Below, in pieces: positions 23,377-30,000 of a DNA stretch of 32,000 nt. The notes beneath the pieces were generated by a model. The model saw only the letters and a list, made by a program, of their open reading frames with translations, did not search any database and had not been told where the DNA came from. This DNA is from Candidatus Saccharimonadota bacterium (GTDB lineage: Bacteria > Patescibacteriota > Patescibacteriia > 2-12-FULL-60-25): the NCBI GenBank assembly GCA_016699205.1, contig CP064964.1:240001-272000 (forward strand), in the 5' to 3' direction. The position numbers and the translations under genes are program-made. Every line of letters starts with the position of its first letter. Position 1 is the first letter of the stretch.

Positions 23377-24000
23377 ATGGAGAAGCTGCGTTTCTTCCTT
23401 GCGGCCGCCTTCATGGCGGCTCTCACCGGGTGTCCCACGCCCAACCCCATGCCCGACAGCGACACGGGTACGCTGCCCACTGGAGACTCCGGGCCGGACG
23501 TCGACAGCGGAACGGATCCCGTCGATGCCTACGTTCCCCCCGGGGAAGACGGCGGCGTCGACTCGGGTACGATCCCGAACGTCTGCGAAGACGTCGACTA
23601 CGTCGGCATCGAGTGCAACCTGCCGTTCGGCATGGAGTACAACCGCGACGGGTTCATCTGCGCCGACGCGATCAACAACGACCTCTGGGTCTGCGACACG
23701 TGCTCCTCGCCTGAGCGTGAGCTCACGCATGAGGAAGGCGGAATCCTGTACTCGTTCCTCCGGTTCGCTCGCGCAAACACCGGCATGTACATGCCGGCAG
23801 GAACGGCCATGGAGTTCACCTGCGGGCCGGAAGGCCGCTGCTGGCTGAACTGGCTCAACCCGGACTCCAGCTACTCGCACTGCCGCGTCAGTTTCCAGTC
23901 CGCCTCCGGCGGCATGGGATGCGACATGGCAACAACCGAATGCTGGATGCCTGGGTCTGCAACCCCGGTCGTCAGCACCGCCGCCTACGTCGGAGAGTGA
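23377..24000 (+). CDS. Cys-rich secreted lipoprotein (207 aa), GC-rich, compositionally foreign
   Basis: GGAGG lies 6 nt upstream of the ATG at 23377. Signal peptide with lipobox MEKLRFFLAAAFMAALTG|C. A D/G/P/T-rich linker is followed by a domain with 10 Cys. A terminator follows. Other ORFs in this span are frame or antisense shadows. Confidence 0.75.
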   Translation: MEKLRFFLAAAFMAALTGCPTPNPMPDSDTGTLPTGDSGPDVDSGTDPVDAYVPPGEDGGVDSGTIPNVCEDVDYVGIECNLPFGMEYNRDGFICADAINNDLWVCDTCSSPERELTHEEGGILYSFLRFARANTGMYMPAGTAMEFTCGPEGRCWLNWLNPDSSYSHCRVSFQSASGGMGCDMATTECWMPGSATPVVSTAAYVGE

Positions 24001-24029
24001 GCTCACGCTCCTCCCCGCCCCTACCTGAA

Positions 24030-24059
24030 AGCCCCCGAGTCTTGCCTGACTCGGGGGCT
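24030..24059. terminator. GC-rich hairpin between convergent genes (lipoprotein gene and giant gene)
   Basis: agcccccgagtc / ttgcct / gactcgggggct forms a 12-bp perfect stem. attcagtttct follows on the plus strand. It lies 25 nt from the giant-gene stop on the minus strand. Confidence 0.65.
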
Positions 24060-24083
24060 ATTCAGTTTCTGAGATTTGACTGC

Positions 24084-27000
24084 CTACGGAGCTGTACTTG
24101 TTGACACTACATTAGCTCGAAGCTGTAGCGAGCCCGGATAGACAATCCAAGGTCTACTTGTTCGGCTTGTAGAAGGTACGGGAACGGTTGGAATCGAATC
24201 CAATATATCACCCTTACACTCACTAACAGGTAGAACCAAGTTAGCTACGACGTTACTAAGTGATGAACTTGTATTGCTTCTGATGTTAGGATCTCCACCA
24301 AGAGTAGATCCCGCCCAGCAGCCACCATTTGGATGACGGACTGTTGAGGCGGTCGGGCCTACGGTGACGTCATCTGGCTGACCTCCTGTGAGACCGGCGC
24401 GGCATTCGCCAGTACACCAGCCGAAGTTGTCTTGAATCATGACACGTGGGCTAAAGCGGCAGGTGCGGATTTCTTCATCGAAACATCCGCCGACTGGAGC
24501 CAAGCCTTCGAGACAGATATCGCCAGGAGCACATTCTGAGGTAGAGCCTGGAGTGGTACAGGTGCGGTTGGTATCGCGGGAACAGCGAGGCGAGTTGGAA
24601 CAGGCAGGCAAGCCAGAGCCATCGCGAGTCGTTTGCTGCGCGCCACATGTGTACAAGTGGGCGTAGTCAAAGTAGTCGGACTGACAGGCTTCCGTGCTGT
24701 TACCGAACATCGTACGGATGTTACAGGTGTCGCGTACACCGCCGACCGTACAGTCAGTATCCTGAGAACAGGAGAGGTTGGCATTCTGTGCACAGGTTCC
24801 GATCGCCACACAGGTACCAGCACCGGCAGGACAGTCAGCGTTGGTCTGACAGGTTAATCCTGGGGTCAAAGAACATTCGCGCTGGACTCCGCAGAATGGC
24901 TTGCGGTTCTTCATGCGTGTGTCGTCGACGCGCTGGGTTGAACCATCGCCCCAATCGATCACAACTTGGCGGAGCGGCATCTGGTTATGAGCAGACCAAG
25001 CGTAGAAGCGCATGGTCGACTTGTGCGAACCGCCGCCTACGTTGATGACGCCGTCGGTTTGACCGTTGAAGGCAAAGGCATCGACGCGTGAAACAGGACA
25101 CTGACCCGGAACTGCGCAGTTACGCGTGTCCGGAGCGGCCAAACGAGGCGGACGAGGCGTGTAGTACGACATGTAGCGGAAGGTTGCTGCGCCGACACCA
25201 GATCCCGTGAAGCCGAGGAATGTCGGCGTGTACATACCGAGCGTGTGGTCGGTTGGTAACGGATGCGGACCGCTCGGATCAAGTGAACCATCCAAGCTGC
25301 GATCCGTGATGCGATAAGCGATCAAACCGCAGAATTCATCAGCCGGGTTAGGACAAATATCGATACGCGGCTGATAACCGCCGGAGTGCGTACAGATATT
25401 GTTGTCTGTATCCGGGTTGTCCGAACGATTTGGTCCGGTGTCGCTGCTGCCAGGGACGCGACAGACCGCGATCGGAGTAAAGTCTGGAGAAGGACCGGAG
25501 ACTGGAATACAGGAGTTGCGGGCGGCCACTTCTTCACCGGCAGGAAGGTTCACTTCACAAGAACCATAGGTTCCGGCGCGCGGCATTTCTACACGGCCAT
25601 CCGGGCTCGCGCGGTAGAAACAGACCTGCGTATCACGCAAACCTCCGACACAGCGACCGAGCCAGCCTGGATCCGGAGCCGCACACACCGTGGAGGCTGG
25701 GACCTCGGTGAAGTTACAGTCGCTATCCGCGCCACAGGTGTTGCGAGTTTCATCTGCTGTGAGTCCTGTTGTTGCAAACGCACTACACTTTTTGTCTGGC
25801 AAACACGTTCTTCCTTCAACACGAACCGGACAATCAAAGCTAGCGGCTTCCGGTGCGGCACAAGTTGTCGCTACGTTCGGCCCAATATTTGTCTGACATC
25901 CGAAAGCAAAGTGCGGAGCACGCCCTGCCAACTCGGTTGAAATCGGTGCTGGTAATGGGCTTGCCGTTCTGTTCCAGAATCCTGGAGAAACTTCCGTCCA
26001 GCCCACCGGGGCGCAGGCGTTAAGTAACGATGCGATTGTGCCATCTTCCTTGGTGAATGAAGGAGCCTTACAGACATCGACGCTCTCTGCACAGGAAAGC
26101 AAACGGCTGATTCCACCGCGACAGACTTTCTGCGCGATATTTTCATCTTCCGTAAGCGGCAAGGCACAGGCGCCATCGACAGAACAGGATGGCGATGCCG
26201 TCGATCCAGTAGCTTCTGGCGTACAGCGTGTTCCTTTGAACGGACCGTCGGTACAGGCACGATCAACCTTGGAGACTGGGAGGAACTGGAAGCGATAGAC
26301 GCGATAGATACGCGCGAACAAGTTGGAGAGATATGCCCACTTGTCACCCGGGACCGTGTTTGGACGATAGTAGGTCTGTGATGGCGGGGCCAAGAATGTT
26401 GGCGGATTGAGCGGCGAGAATCCGGTAATTTCCGATCCGCTCTGGAACAGCGGCTCGATGCCGGCCGGGCCCGTGTTGATTGCGCTCGAGAATGGCGAGG
26501 CGCTATCAGAATACTGGAGACCGGTTCCTGGCTCGCGGAAATCGCCACGGCGCCAGACGCGATCCGTGAAGGCGGCGTCTTGGTTGGAATTCTTACTGCG
26601 AACTTCCGCCAATTCCTTACATACGCTCGCGGTTCCGACTTCCATGTTCATGTAGATGTAACGCTGATCGCCGCCAGTGTCGCCGCCACAAGCTGAGACC
26701 CAGAAACCAACGAAGCGCCACGGACCAGCCACATTGTCTTGGGTCAAATCAGATCCGGTAGCTGTCGTATTCTCTGAACGAGATTCGAAGACGGCACGTA
26801 CAGCAAAGTATGGCTTGCTGTTTTCACAAACGCTCTGGATCGGATCGCGGCGGATATCGAGCAAACCGCGGACGATGATGTCGGTTGGCGTACCGTCTTG
26901 GCCAGCGCGCTGGAGACCAACGAATTTCTTTTGGTTGGTCGAGCGATAGTCGAGCTCCCAATACTTGATGTAACACTTAGCGTTTGGATCCGGATTTCCA

Positions 27001-30000
27001 ACGCACGAGACCTGGAACGGACGACCGCCGCGCGAGGAGTAAATACCTTCCTGTCCGCGCGTAAGATACGGGTTGTAGTTCTCGTAGAATTTATCGCGCC
27101 ATTCCGTGTCTTTTGGACGGTTTGATCCGGCATCATCGTAATTCACGCTGCCCAAGTTATCGACCCAGGCGGCCTGATATCCACATGCGATGCGGCCGTG
27201 AGGGCCCTTGATCGGATCGATCTTGAAGTACGAGATCGTGTTGTCGCTCAATCCTGATTCAAAGAACTGCGTGCGGCGTGCGCGGAATGCCGGATCGCTG
27301 CTCATATACTCACTCGTATCCTCTTCTGAGCCATCTACACTTCCGTCAACGTTGCCCGGTTTCGGTGCACCAAGCAACTGAAGCTGTTGAGCGAGGTTAT
27401 CGTCATTGGTGCGCAGGAAGTATTCACCGTATCCAGCGCCGGCGTCGACAAGGCGGATGCCGTAAGAATCGTTTTCATTGGCGCCTCCGGAAATTTCATC
27501 AAAGGACCCATCATCGTCTTGGTCATCGTCAGCCAATTCACAATCGGTGGTTGCCGTGTAATACGACTCCGGCTTTGCTCCAAAGATAGAAGCAAAGTAG
27601 TTTTGATCTTCACCAAGAATACCGCTGTTGTCGGCCGAGACCCAGTCGTCACGATAATCAATTTTTGTCATCCAACCAGCAAAGAAGCGCAGGCGGCCAC
27701 GACGATCTCCGCCAAAGATACTACCCGGACCGTGATCCCAATCATCATCACCCGCGTAATGCATATTTGCCGGTTTCACCTCTGCGTTTCCGTCACCAGG
27801 TCCGTTCTGCGGACTATTGAATTGCGAGAACGAGGTCCAGATGAAGCGGGCCTTGGTCGGCTTCTTCACCGGAGAAACACAGTAGTACTGACCGGAGTTT
27901 TGCGGCGGCAAGTAACCAGAAGTTGGTTGATAGTGGAACGAGTCTTTATCGCCAAAGAGAATTGGGGTTGGATTCCATGTCAAACATGGCTTGTTCGCCT
28001 GATCTTCACCGATAATGCGCGTTTCATCGCGCTCCAAACACTGGCCAAATACACCGCGGATGATTTCAAGCTTGTTGAATGCGACACAGCGACCGCCTCC
28101 TTCTGGCGCGCCACAAGTCTGCGCAGCATTGGAACCTTCCACGCCCTGCACAAGCTCTTGGGTTTCAGTTCCACCTGAGCTTGCAGCTGGAGCTGTGCGG
28201 CCGCCTTGCGTTTGAATCTGGAAGATGGTTGCCGGCAAGCAAGCTTGACCATCGCGAGGACCGCCCTGACAGATTCCTGGCGGAACATCTTGGGACAATG
28301 AACTGAAAAATTTGCTGAAGGCAGTTGAACCGTACTGAGCACGCTTATAGTTACAGACGCAGTCTTCTCCGAATTCACAAGTGTTGGCGCTGTTGAAACC
28401 TCCAAGCTTGCTGACTGGTTTTGGCGGATTCGTCGTGAGATCCCATTCTGTCACGTAGCTTTGACCAAATGGAGAATCTGCTTCCGGATTCACACGACAC
28501 TCGGCCGGAGGGAAGGAGTTGGTCAGAGTCGGATCGACGCGCGGATCATCGAGAGAGAAACGCGTTGAGACATTCTGGAAATTAGTGTTGTCACCGCCTG
28601 ATTTTACCGGGAGATAGCAGTTAACGACGGACTTGTTAGCAATTCCAGAGGCGAACAATTCCGTAGAGAGGTAATAACCAATGATACCTGTTCCAACATG
28701 CTGACAGAGATTCAGATCAGGATTTGCAAGCTGAACAGGCGTTCCCGTTAATGGACGGGCGTCATTAGGTCCGAAGGTAGCACGAACTCTGTACAAGCTT
28801 CCGAAACGATCAAGCGGAATTTGAACCGCTGCTGCAAGACGGTAATCAAGTGCAAAACGGTACTTGTTGTCATCGACATTGTTTGCACCTTCCGAACCTA
28901 CGCGAGCTGTTACAAGCTCAGGAATCTGGAATGTGTCCGGAACAGCGTAACCGGAGTAGTCTTTTTCACCCAAACCAACTGGACGCTCCGTATAACTTGC
29001 GATGTCGAAGAATTTACCGCGCTGCATGACGACTTCGTCCTCGGAATCGCGATCGACGTAGTTAGCGCAGAAAATTTCACCTGGGCGGTTGGTGGATTTA
29101 TCGCACAATGCCACATTGGTACAGATTTCCTTGTAGCGGCTTGTGGCAGGATCAAATACCGATTCACTTGAACGACAGCCGAGCCACTGAGCACAGTCAC
29201 GGTCAACCTTCACTTTGAGTAACACGTTAGCATCGTTTTCCTCTGCGAGAACGGCTTCACAAGCCGGATCCGTCGGGTTGCGGAAACAGTCAACAGGAAC
29301 CGTCGGTCGGAAGTCGTTGTTCTCGTACTTGTTATAGGAGGCAGCGACATTGTATTTGAGAATCGGATCCGTCATGTCGCGCATAAGCACACAGCCTTGG
29401 CCAACATCGACATTGCCCTGACAGGTCGTCTTATCGAGACGATCGTCGTTTACAAAGAAGTATGGTTTGCCCGTTCGATGAAGCGGGTCGCTTGTGTCGT
29501 TGATATCGCGGAATTCCGTACATTCCGAGGCAGAACCAGGACAGAGACCTGTCCAACCAGCCCAGATCGGATCGCCGCGCTTAGGCAACGGGAAATTACG
29601 GCCGCCTTCCAAGGCTTCCGGATAACATGGCTTGGCAGGACTTGAACCTTGTCGGAACCAGCCATCGTATTCCGCTTCCGGCAAGGTATCGAGCAGTGCG
29701 CCGTCTGCGGCGGTGAAGTCATCACCGGACAAGCGGACGCCTTGGCGGAATTCACAAACTTTGCGCTGCGGATCGCGGAAGTAGTCGTTGGCGCCGCCGT
29801 ACTTATATTCTTCACAGAATTCCTCGGATGGCTTACAGAGCGCATCGCCGTACTTGGTGATGTCATCCTTATAATAGACGGTCTGATACGACTCGATGCT
29901 GGAGCGATCAACGGAATAGACCGGCTTTCCGAAAGCGCGACAAGAGGCGTTCTCGCGCTGACAGACCTTAGACTGGTCGTACACGACGTAAATCATGCGG

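Noticed and set aside
23293-24006. 237-aa minus ORF and the 179-aa and 145-aa plus-frame ORFs overlapping the lipoprotein gene
   Set aside because: These are shadow frames of a GC-rich CDS, Arg/Pro/Ala/Ser-rich with no start context. Only the frame starting at 23377 has GGAGG at the right spacing, a lipobox signal peptide and a terminator.
23717-24008. 12-nt exact direct repeat GTGAGCTCACGC at 23717-23728 and 23997-24008, the first within a 14-bp palindrome GCGTGAGCTCACGC
   Set aside because: There are only two copies. One is inside the lipoprotein CDS and one spans its stop codon. No associated element ends or target duplications are visible. It could be chance in GC-rich DNA, so I note it but do not interpret it.
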